Position numbers and translations under genes: made by a program
Shown: in pieces, positions 52,205 through 64,000 of the stretch
Layout of the letters: each line of letters begins with the position of its first letter
Numbering within the stretch: position 1 is the first letter of the stretch
DNA from: Yuukianura sp. NJ FZ-2021
Lineage: Eukaryota
Direction: 5' to 3'
NCBI GenBank assembly: GCA_046563655.1
Contig: CM102285.1
Span: 10,230,001 to 10,294,000 of the forward strand
Length of the DNA: 64,000 nucleotides
The notes under the pieces: model-generated
What the model was told of the DNA's origin: nothing
Databases searched by the model: none
The model's input: the letters and a program-made list of their open reading frames with translations, nothing else

Positions 52205-55200
52205 TTAGTCTAGCGACAAAATGGATTCTTTGCTTGTGCGCAGCATGTTTTCATACCTAGGTCCACCAATCATAGCAATCGGGCTGCTTTCAAACGTTCT
52301 GACGCGTGGACTGAGGTAGACTGGCGAAGGGGACATGCTTTTCCGGGAGAATCTTTCTGGAACGTGGCTTACTTTGTCTTCATCTAAGAAAAAATACACA
52401 AAAACTAAATTAACACTTAAAGCTTTTACAACCACTTCCCCCTATTGATTACTAAACATTGTGTTAATTATTAGGAAACAGAAATTGGAAAGCTTGAAAA
52501 GTGTTGAAAGTTGGAGTTTTTTTTTCAGTTTGCTAAGGTTTGAACTTAATTTTGCTTTTGTTTTAAGATTGTTCGGTTTTTTATACCATCTTGATCAGTG
52601 ACTTCGGATTCCGTTACTTCTTCAATTGTGCCAAAGTGCGGAAGGACGCCGTTGTTCTCAGGATAGTTGATTTGTTGGATCTAACGGATTTTGGTCCATG
52701 GGCGACAAATAGGAAAGAAAATAGGAAAAACACAAATTAAACAGAAAGTCATGAACACAAGTAACAAAAAGTCCAATTTAAACTCAAGGACGCCATTTTT
52801 AACAAGGAAATACCTAGTCCAAAAACTAATAGCACACAACAATCATGCAACACATTTGGATTATATAAGCTTTGAACAGTATTGAACATGTACAAACGAC
52901 AAGCATATTTCGTTACATTGACATTAAAGGTAAGCTGAATACATAACTATTAGTAGAAACTACAAGTAGTTTCGGCAGTACATCTAAGCATCGAAACACT
53001 GGGCGTACAGTTAGTTGCTATGTGTTGAAGTTTAAGCAGAGCAGGAGGGTTATGGCGGATTAGTGGTTTAGTGGACTGTAAATGGCAAGTGTTAGTCAAA
53101 AATGAAGCTGCCGTACAGATCCATTCTAAATGTTCTCTCCTAGTTTAAAACAAAATGGACATGTTAGAAAAACGACTAACGCTGTTGTTAGGTTGTTGAT
53201 TTTTAGCGTTTATGCATTCGGGATTCTAAAATCCTAGACACTAGTAGGGACTTTTATGGCATTCCTAAAGTTCTTAAGTACTTTCACGCATTCACTCCAT
53301 TTCTCATTTGTCTCTTCAAATTAGTTTTTCTGTTGTTCAAATAGCCAAGTCCGAATAGTCAATGAGGTAAAGTTCGCTGGAAGTAGCAGCAGGGACTTCG
53401 TTTAAAATACTGGCAAGTACCTTATCGTCCAGCGCTTCTGTGTTGTTCAAACTCTCCGATGACTCGGACGATAGAGATCCTTTTCTACTGGAACTTGTCT
53501 CACTACTGGCATTTTCGTCGTCGATTGTTGCCAGCGGTGTGTCCTTATCCTACAAAAGTTAAATTTCAGTAGATTTTGCAATTTATTTAACTTATTTTTT
53601 GTGTTACAACCTCAAGTATTGGAGAAGCAAGCCTGCTACCCGGTTTGACGAAACCTGGCGGCGGTGGCGGTGTTTCGTAGTTGTTGTTCCCAGAGGTTGG
53701 AACATTTTCAATTACTAGTAGATTCGCTGTTTCGGGATCAAGGTTTCCGTAACCTTTGTACTCGAGGTTATTTTTCATTGGATCTTGGTAGCGAACTGAA
53801 TTTCCACGATGCGTGAAGAACACATCTTCTTGCTCAAATTCATCTAGCTTCTTGCGTCGGTATGCTTTGTTGAGTCGGTAGGCGTAAATTCCTACGAAAA
53901 GTATAATTCCTAGGAGAAATGCTCCGCAGAGCACCCCGATATCTGTAAAGAAATCAAAAAATTGAACTATTTCAAAAAATACTTAACTGATTTATACAAA
54001 CAAATTTCTGGGGTCCCTTACGATCAAATGTGATAGATCCAGTAAGAATTTCTTCCTTTGGTCGCAGATTCAAGACGATCTTCTCTGGATGCTTGCTAAC
54101 CCAATCAGCCTCGCTATTTGTTGTGTCCTTCACAGAACAGCAAACAGAGCATTAGGGCCGTAAAGGTCGGTAGAGTTTTACGAAATTTTTAAAAGTTTTA
54201 ATTTTTTTTCAAAATTTCGGTTTCTTACGATTGCTTGTTCGCTAGGTCTAGAATCCTGGGACGACAGCGTACGTCGAAATAAGGAAAACGCTGCGCATGG
54301 ACCCAATTTGATTCCATCAAATTTTTCACCATCCAGAATCGCTTCGGCTTCCTTCTTCTTGTATCCCATGTACTCCTCAATTGGACTGGTTTCCAGTTCC
54401 CCAATTTTTACAAAAATGTCTAAAGCACGCCAAAATTTTCAAATTTTATTGAAATTTTGAAAGCAGAATTTTGATGCTAAACTCACTGGACAAACAGCCT
54501 TTGAACTTTTTAAACGTAGACAGAGATGCAGTTTCATCGTTGACTCCAGCCACAAAGACTTCTCCGATAGATGGATCCTTGACCATAGACGCTGGAGCTG
54601 ATTCGTGTTCTGGAGTAATGGAAGGCTTAATTTCTTCATGGTCAACAATCAGCAGTGTTTCATTGCCATGTCGCTCAAAGTAGATGGAGTGACGACTTCC
54701 GTCAATGAAATTTTGGTAACGAATCACAGCTTCAAAAATGTGACCTTCATGGACTTCTTTGAGCAAGAAGTGACCTTCACGATTAATTGCAAACAAATGG
54801 GAATAACTTTGACCTGGCAGGACAACTGCTAACAAAAGTGTATCAGCTTCGGAGTAGGAAGTGGAGAAGCCAAAATGTACTACGATGTCTGTGATGTCGA
54901 TTGAAGGTTTTGGGTACTTGAATCTCCGGCGGATGAAAGATTCACCCTGAAAACTTACTCCGCGTTCTAAACATTCAGAATTGAAATTGAAATTCACATT
55001 CTCCGAAATTTTTTAGGAAAGCTTGACATCGTACCCTCATTGCAAGTTTTGCCGTGATAGGAAGTGTGAATACAGTCGCAGGAATACGTTCTAGAGATGA
55101 AGTCTTCAAGGCAGAGGCCATTGTTCTTACATGGCTTATTGTCACAGACCATTTTACATCCGTCCAGAACTGACAAACATTTCAATTATTGCTTTCAAAT

Positions 55201-58200
55201 TTTTTGAAATTTAAAAATTTAGAACATCTTGTAGTTTACCGTCATTGTTGTTTGCAAAACCGCGAAGTTTCACATGATCTTGTCCAATTTTCAGGCCGCT
55301 TAAACATCCAAGCATTCCTAGGATGCAAAACTAGTCTTGTAAAAGATTTCGAACAGAATGGGAAAAGCCAACACTGATTTCAAGCTGACTGAGAGAGTCA
55401 TTTTGAAAACTGACCTGGAATGCCGCCTTTAGTTGGAATGAGTGCGTTGATGTCGTAACCTCCGAGCAGAAGTTGGTAGTAAGTACTGACAGGGGCCAAA
55501 GGTCGTGGGGGTGAAAATGTTTCTAATTCAGCATTAGTCCAAGGTTCGCGACTGTAGACCGTAAGCAGTGAAATTCCAATGGAGCTGGAAGCATTTTCAT
55601 TGTTAACATGAAGAGCAGTGTGAGAGTAGTTCCGGGTCACTGCTACTTGTACTTGTTTTCCATGATTCAGTGCTTTAAGGGCGACTTTGAGTTGCTGAAT
55701 GGTGTCACCGTGGTTCCAAGTAAAAATGACTTTGGATCCCTCTTCAATATGAAGTTGGACAAACTGAAAAAACATGATTTAAGACTCACAGTTTTGAAAT
55801 TTTCCAAAATTTCGTTTCGAGAAGTCTTACGTTGTTCAAGTTATCGTTGGCAAAAACGACCAATGCTTCTGAATCGTATGTTCGTAAGTTGAGGTAGAAG
55901 TTTGAGGTTAAGATGTTCCGGACTGGAGTGAGGTCAGCGTTGAGGTTGGCTTCACGTATAAATGAACTTTGTGACAGAAAAGTCAGACCGTCAACGTTCA
56001 AATCTGAAATTGCCAAACTTAGTTTAGCAATAGTTTACAATGTCGCCAATTGAAGCAGAAGTCTACCATTTTCGCAGAATTCTCCGGATTGTGACCAAGG
56101 ATTTTGACATTGGCATGTGAAGCTGCCCCAGTTTTCGATACATGTAGCTTTGTTTTTGCAGGGGTTAGGGTCACAAGAAGGACTGCAGTCCTTGACAATG
56201 TCTGCTTTGTGGAACTTCATGTAGGAGTAGAGGTCAACGACCTGACTGTTCATGACCAGTCCACGAAAGCATCCGATGAGACCATCCTGAACTGTGTCTT
56301 TGTCTTCCTCTTCCAAGTAAATTCTTGAAAACAAAGTACACGTTTCAGAAATTAACGATGACTTGCTACATGCTGGAAATATGTAACTATAACTTACGAA
56401 GGGGCCCCTGCAATGTACATGGTTGATTCGAATGGACCAAATACTTGGCCATCAGGAAGATTGATCATTTGGTGCTCTGCGTTGATCTGGAATCGTACTT
56501 GATGGAGATCATAATCAATCCAAACCTACGAAATTTTTGAAATTTCATTGGAAGGTCAAAGCTTGCATACAAGAGCAATTTTCTCAAAAGAACTTTACTT
56601 GCTGCCAGTCGCCACCGCTAAGAGGCCTCTGAGATCTGACGACAACTTTTTGAGGTGGGCCTCCGTTAAGTATAAAACGAAATACAAGTTCGTGTTCTAA
56701 AAAATCAAAATTTCAAGAAAATTACCTTCTTTTTTTTTTTTTTTTAAAAAAAAATGAGTTTGAAGGCTCACCGTTAGCTAAAAATACAGAAAATGCGTTG
56801 TGTTGAGGATGCAGTAGCGGCTGGTACATTAGGATAGCGGATGACCTCGTTGTTCTGAAACTAAATGCCAGGTCACTAGTTTTCCAACCTGGAGCCTCCA
56901 GGTAGCTTCCGAAAGTTTTGAACGTGACAACGTAGCGTTGCGTATCTGCAACAAACACAAAATAGAAAGCATGTTTACATGTCATACAAGAAAAAACTTG
57001 CAAATTGGCTGTTTAGAAAAGTTAATCCGTAGATGTAAATGTAAGTATCTGGCACATACTGGCTTCGACGCACTCTAGTGGTCCCAAAGTTATTCTGGAA
57101 GACGAATCTGACGATAAATTTGTAGGAACCATGAAAAACTATTCAGAAAAATGTCAAAACAAAAGATCAATTTTTTTAGTTATAAAATCAAATTGTGGGG
57201 AAAGTTTACCAGTTGAGTAAGTCCAACGCGTTCGGGATCTGAAAAGTAGCCTTCATCCTTCAGCCATTTTTCCTCACCAGAATCACAGTTGCAACTTTTG
57301 CCACCAGCACATGATTTGGCTTTTAAAAAACGAAAATTAAAATCTCACTTATATTAGCGTTAATTTGGAAATTATATTCTCTTACTGGCATAACATGGAC
57401 AAGTATTTCTATCAGCATCTGCAATGCTTACGACAGATACGGTTTCAGGATCTGCCGATTTGAACCAAGAATGTAGCTGGAGATCAAGTCTTGTTTTGTA
57501 GCAGTCGTACTTGATGTACTGACTGCACTGGACTGACTGTGACACAAGGGAAAGAAGCATTTCTGGACTGAACTCTCGGTACTTCAAGTCCACCCGGAAA
57601 TCAAAGGCTTTCTCTTCATTGGGATTCCAAATGTCAGTTTCATTCGTCAAATTGTGTTCAACGATTGTTTTAGTTTCGCCTCCATGTGAGTCTGTTTCAA
57701 ATTTGCACTTGACATGCGCTGGAGAGAAAGGCCCGTTTCCATCGATGTCGATTTTGTAGACGCCTGATTCAGTGTAGCCAAGAAGCGCAAGTTCTTCACA
57801 CGTTCGCTTAAAAATCGCTGGAAAAAATATGCGTTTTTTGAAAGTTCAAAAGTCCTTAGAAAATAGATGGCACTGGTCCTCTGATTTCATTGGTTGGTAT
57901 ACTCAATTGGTACGCAAATACTCAAATATACAGACAGTTCGGTATTATTTGGGAATTTACTGGACTGGATTTTCGAAAGCGAACATTTTTTCAAAAGTTT
58001 TTTTTTAATTACCAAAATGGCAATGCTTCCCAATATATCCAGTTTCACTACAGTCACAAGTGACTTGTCCATTTTGAACTCCGCATTTCCCTTCATGTTC
58101 ACAAACTTTGGGCCTTGTACATGGATCTATAAAAGCAAAAAAGTATAAAAATTTGAAAAATTGCATTGATTTTAATTTATACCCCAAGCACGAAATTCAC

Positions 58201-61200
58201 AAGTTTTTATTACCTGCATGCATACAATTGTCAAGCGCAATGTCTCCAATTTGATCTGCCGAACCCACAATTTTTCTTGCATCAATTGTCTGTCCTCCGA
58301 TTTCGACATTTCCGATACATCCAACAAATCCTGCTCAACATTCGTATTTTGGATTAAAATTTTGAAAAAGACAAGTCCGATTTTATAAAAACGTTTTTAC
58401 CAGTATTGGGCTTGTAGCCTGAAGTCCCTAATGTGATAAATGGCGAAAGCTGAAATAGTTCAGCAAATTTTTCTGACACATTCATCTTGTCCGTGGTCAA
58501 TTGGACTTCTCCATTCAAATACTTCAATTGAAGCTTCAAAATTAAGACAGAAAAACAATAGTAAATTAGTGACAGGACAATTAATTACAAAAGAAGAACA
58601 ATAATTAGTTTTGCATTTATAATTATTCATCTCAGTAGGTCTCACCCAGTTCCATTCTCCAGGTCTTTTATTAAACTTAGCCACGAGGGATTTGGATGCT
58701 GAGATTGTTGCCAAATCTTTGTCAGAGTAGAGAACAAAGTGGACGTTTTCATTTTTTACCTGGAGCTATTCATCCAAACAATACAATTGACTTGTCATTC
58801 AGTGTGCAAAAAAATTGCAAGTAATTGCTAATTCAACTTACCGCCCAAAACCCTTCACCTTTCAGCGTTCTGATATCGGAATAGGCCAAAGTGCTAAAAA
58901 TTTCGTTTGTCCTAAATTTAAATTTGAGATTGAGTTCTTCTGGAGCTGGATTGGAAATGCGAAATCCGGCTTCTGCAAATGGAATTGTAATGGGGACGGT
59001 ATTCTGAAGGTCGCAAGATTCTTTTAAAACTGGATCTCGAGATCCATGATATTGTGCCTAAAACCAAATCAAATTTTGAAAAAAAAAATTAAAATTTTGA
59101 ATTCAGTTCAATAAAATTTTCTCTTTCTGGAACACAAACTAGTACTAATCCCAACCTGGTGTCTTTTTGCAAAAAGTTGCCATAAAACGGATTTCGCGTT
59201 GAAGTAAACTTCTTTGAGACATCCAACAAAGTTATTCGAAGAGTATAGACCTAGTCAAGTTCAAAAGAAAATTTTTATAAAAACAAATTTTTTTTTTCAA
59301 AATTTTGAAATTGAGTAAATTTAAAGTTGACCTCTGACCTTGTCTGTTGTTTAACCTTGGACCACCACCACCAATGTGAATGTCAGGGTCAATGTAGAGA
59401 TGTTGATGCGTCCCCTCAATTTCCAGTTCCTTCTGTTGGGTATCCAGTTGAATATGAAGAGATCTCCCGCGGTGATTCATTGTCATCTGATGCCATTCTC
59501 CATCAGCCAAATTTGACCCCATTTGAACAAGAATCGGCTGCACCGATTCGTCTCCGAAGTCTATACTGATGAATATACTTTGATTTTTTAGAGTCACGCC
59601 GACGTGATTGTGAACAGGAATTTCACCAGCAGCGTAGAACAGAATGGAGTCATCAACTTTCGTCTGAATTTGAAAATTTTGGCTCTAGAAATCCGAAATC
59701 TTAGAAAACTTGAACAGAAGTGAGTGCCTTACTTTGAAATGAATTGCAATTCGGTTTGCATCTGAATGCACTCGATCCATCCATTCGTACACAGTAAATG
59801 TTACAAAAGAGTGACCGTATAACGTCAGAACAGGGATACCTATCCAGAAATTGTTAAGTTGACCGAAATTAATTAATTAGTTGATTAATTAGTAGTATTA
59901 AGTTTTTTAAATAGAAGTCTTTGCTTTGATTGACACAACTAAAAGCTGCATAGTAGAGATACAAGGATGATACAACATAACTTGTTACAGTTTTCGTTGC
60001 GTATGCGATAATTTTCCGACAACTTTCTTACTGGCGTATCTGCAAGAGTCTCCTTTGAAATTGGCATTGAAGCAGTCGCATTCGACGTGGTCGTAGTGAT
60101 TGATGCATCGACTGTCGTAGGAACACGGTTGTCTTGGATCATGACATTTGTTCAAACAGTTCTCCGCAACATTAAACCGTGATGAAACCAGCGCAGTTAT
60201 AGATTCCAGTGGAATTGACGCAAATGGTGACGTTGACAGTTCCACATTGCGGATACATCCTACGAATGGATTTGCCAAGTAGGAAATGTCCAGACGCTCA
60301 TCCACAGATTTCAGTCCTAACAAAATAATTAGTTGCAATTGAACTGTCCTACGAGAGAGTTTGCTGGTGACCTTGCCAAATGCATGGATCCATTTCAACA
60401 GCTCTTTTAAGACCTAGTAAATTAAAGTTAATTGTCAAGTTGTCACCTCCAATGAAAATGGTCGAGTTCAAATCGTCATTTCCAGCCCCATAAAAAGGAG
60501 ACTCTGCAAGTCCATCAATCAGAGCAAACGTGTTGTCTTTGTCATCAACTGTGGCGTAGATCATACTCGTGCTGGGGTCAATCATGACGTTGACCTTATG
60601 GAATTTGTCCCTGTTGAGCCCTTTCCCTACGACGACTGTTGTAGAATGATCTCCGAAGAGATGTTTTACTGTCAACTGTCCTTGGTCCAACATGATGTAC
60701 AGTTCGTACTTTTTGAGTTGGGAAGGCCGGTCGAGAATGCCATGGTAGACCAGAATGGCATGCGGAAGGCGTGTGCGAAATTCCAAAGAAACAGATCTCC
60801 GGTTCCTAAATTTTTTTTCAAATACTCAAAAAATTGGCGATTTTTGGCTCATTGAGTAAAAAACTAGCGACAAAATCGTTCAGGAATAGACTTTTCAAGA
60901 ACATTCATTCAAAGTTCACCAAACTAATGAGTTATGCCATTTGGTGCAGTTACGTATTCACCCCCACAAGCAGAAAGATTGTTGAACTATCTTGGTACAA
61001 AATTCTACTGCATTCTTGCAGAAATTTACACAAGCGGAATGAAAATTGCGAAAATTCGCCACATTTTACCTAATTTGAAATGCCGAGATTTCATCCGGTC
61101 CGATTTGGATAAATGAGGACGGAGAGTCGAAAGTGAAAGTGTGCAGTCCAGTTCCATTTTCCAAAACGACGAAGGGTACCTCCCGGTACTTATTGGCAAT

Positions 61201-62870
61201 GATTTCTCTAGGACTCAATGTACTAGTCGTTGTGGTAGTTGGAAGAGTTGTGACTATACGAACATGTAAATTTCAAACAATTACATAATGAATCATTGTA
61301 CAAGGTTTTCTTAAAATACACAAATTTCGCCATTCTACTTTCTACTGATTTGAAATTAAAAAAGTACAAAAACCAAAACCACCGTGAAAACAAAAAGTTA
61401 CAGAAGCAAAAATGGTAACTAAGAAGTTAGGGTGAACTGGAATTAAGTTGATGTTATAAATTACCCTTACTCGGAAGCATACACGCACAATTTGAACTAA
61501 CAAGTTGAAAGGCATCACTAGGAGGCATTTAGCACACGAAACTGAAATGTTATAATGCTTCTGTCATGTCAGTGTCAGTAAACTGATACTAATGCAAATT
61601 TTTGGCAATTTGGCATCAAGAGTGTCTAATTTTCTTGTCAAAGTGTCCAAAACAACGCGATGTATTTTAACTTCACTGAATTTTCAAAATTTCTAAACAT
61701 TTTAATTCCAATAACGTCAAGGAAAGTTTAGGCAAAAAATTTTTTGAGTCAAAATCGTGCTGATTGCATCCAGTATCCCATTAGAAGCGTTTTGTAATTC
61801 CATAAATGGAACTGGCGTGACTTAACGCTAAGTGTTAACTTAAGGCATTTACACAAACTAATTTCCCTTGTTAATTAGCAAAGTCAAAGATAACTCAAAA
61901 GCTGTACAATTCGAAAGTCCAAGCAAAGCATCTCCGGCCCTGTCTCTGCGAAAATTACACGGATGCCGGCACACATTAAAAAGCAAAATGGAAATTTTGG
62001 CACATGGACACTGCGCTTCTTGAATAGCAGCGCAAATGTTGCTTTAAGCAAAGGAATTAAACTCACCCCAGGATTCATTTCCAGAACAAGAGGCCATGCA
62101 AGCCTCAAAGCTACTGAATACATTGTCATTCACATGGCAGCCCCCGAAAATAAACAAGTTACAAGTCTCCTCTGCTTCTGAGTAGAAGTACTTATACGTT
62201 CGGTCCCCACACGGCCCGGAATTCGGAGGCAACAAGCAATAATCAGCTTCAATTTTCAAACAAAACAATCAAGCAAAAATTAAAAAATTCGCAACTTCGA
62301 AAAATTCTATAATATGAACTTTCTCTTTTACAATTTTTGTTCCCAGAGAAAAGAGAACCAGAAATTTTTAGATTTCATGGGTGAAAGTTTTCGGAATTTG
62401 TTTTCCATTTTCACTTTTTATCCACTTTTCTAACTTTTTCAACAAGAATTTAGTAAATTTTGCACAAGGTTTTCGGCAATTTGAAAGATGAGTATAGCTT
62501 TACTTTTTTTTGCTTTCTTTTGAGTGTTACATTTTCGTCTGCTTGAAATTCCACGTGGTGGGAGCAGAAATTTTGCAACAACAACGTTAATTTTTTGTAG
62601 TAATTTGTCTTTGCCTCTAACCACATGAGCAAGCACGTAACAATAGAATGAAATCGACTTAATTTTCTTTTGTAATGAAGAGAGCACCTCGGCTCACCTT
62701 GAATTTCGAATGCCGTCATTGGAAGTGTACTTAATCAACTTGAAAATTTGAAACGATTCTTTTTTCAAAAATTTTGAAGAATAGAAACACTTACGCTTTT
62801 CTTGAGACAAATGAAACAAAAGTGGCAACAGAACAAGTAGCACCAGTTGGTATTTTCCAGACAAATCCAT
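52205..62870 (-). CDS. axo: Axotactin (neurexin/Caspr superfamily: Kunitz, laminin-G, EGF and fibrinogen-like modules, TM, cytoplasmic tail); 5' end tentative
   Basis: Putative signal-peptide exon MDLSGKYQLVLLVLLPLL (ATG 62870). Kunitz YCLLPPNSGPC..FIFGGCHVNDNVFSSFEAC (about 62070-62250). Several LamG exons (EFRTRLPHAIL, LADGEWH, FSFRTT). EGF repeats (CDPNPCKNKATC, CDNKPCKNNGLC). Caspr-like YKIDIDGNGP..CSQYIKYDC. TM GVLCGAFLLGIILFVGIYAY. Last exon ends SILSLD*. Confidence 0.9.
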
Positions 62871-64000
62871 TGTACTTTGTTACTTTATGGCAGTGATTCG
62901 TTCTTTGAAAACAAAAAATTGCACAAAACTTTTTCACTCCAACTTAAAAACACATTTTACACCTTTGGCCAAACTCCAATTCAACAAAGGAGGATGTTGT
63001 TGTGTTACCAATTTGGCAAATTGAGTACCTCACGCTGGACGTGTGTATTGGTGAAATTGCCTCCCTGGAGAAGTCCAAATTGCAATTAAGAACAAACACT
63101 TTACAATCCTCTCACTTGATCTTCAGCCAAAACCTTAGCTTAGACGAATTGCGTAGACGTTTTGGTTGAAGAAACTTTTTGCATAAAGTTCTTAAACTTA
63201 AATTTCCATGTCATCACCTGCAAGGTAGAAACCAGGTTTGAAAAGCCCTCCTGCCCAGTACCTCATTACTTGAATCAACCGTGCTAATGAATTTAATCAG
63301 CATTTGAAGCTTTTAAGGTTAGGAAATCTGTAAGTCTAGTGTTTGTTGTTGTTCTTTTTGGCAATATATTCACTAAGGTGTGTGCTGTATAATATTTAGG
63401 CCTAATTTAGTCTCACTGGACTTGCACAGGACTAACACTTGTAACTAGTCCAATCTTTGTCAACACTTTTCACTCAAGAAGATTTTCGAAAACCGGTATT
63501 TGCAAAGTTAATCCAAATCCGCCCACTTAGGATTAGTCCATCATTGCTTCTTGCACAAGAAAAACATTGAAGATTTTAAGAGTCATCCAGAACTGGATTG
63601 CTAATCTAATAACGCCTGTAGCAATACTTTCCAAATCAAAATTTTGTTGAAACTTGTGAAGAGCAACCTCAAAGTTCACTTTTTGAAAACTGATCTTGTA
63701 ACTATGTGCTGAACCTCTTGAAATTTTTCTTGCACCAAGAGATGAAATGTGTGTTAAATTTCGTTTCTGAAAAAATCTTCTAAGTTTCAGAAATTGGATT
63801 CGCTATTTGATACCCGGTTGGAAAAACCACTTCAAAAGTTAACTTCACACTGATATGGAACAATGTAAACAAAAATTGTGAAATTGGATACGTGAAGTTA
63901 TGTTTTTCGAATCAATCAAAAAAAAAGTTAGCGTGAAACTTCCACAGCCTCAGTCAAAGGGCAATTCCAGAAATTTTGTGTCAATTTTGGTGTGTTTTTT

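Noticed and set aside
56725..56754. T-run followed by A-run palindrome
   Set aside because: Simple homopolymer tracts inside a short axotactin intron.
62439..62740. ORFs and a possible extra exon between the axotactin signal-peptide exon and the Kunitz exon
   Set aside because: Splicing from the phase-1 donor into the candidate acceptors near 62730-62740 gives stops, whereas direct joining to the Kunitz exon keeps the frame. Left unresolved.

Overview
Eukaryotic genomic DNA: AT-rich, with many short GT-AG introns of about 60-90 nt. The gene set points to an arthropod, probably a hexapod; the compact introns suggest a springtail-like genome, but the taxon is inference only. Gene order: an intron-rich ionotropic chemoreceptor (+), an orphan basic/acidic protein gene (+), proteasome beta-7/PSMB4 (-), RSPH3 (-), the bursicon receptor rickets/LGR2 (-), about 13 kb with no convincing CDS, a CYP2-clan P450 (+), Src64B (-), an unknown gene with a BEN-like C-terminus (+), HDAC1/Rpd3 (+) and axotactin (-). 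The most notable features are inside rickets introns. One is a complete 5-exon antisense gene for a His-rich, secreted or GPI-type DOMON-domain protein that fills almost an entire intron. The other is a 632-bp foldback MITE with 97-bp perfect TIRs and internal TTAGG telomere-like repeats. I found no prokaryotic-type system, CRISPR array, rRNA or tRNA. Exon boundaries were read by eye and family assignments come from motif recognition, not database searches.
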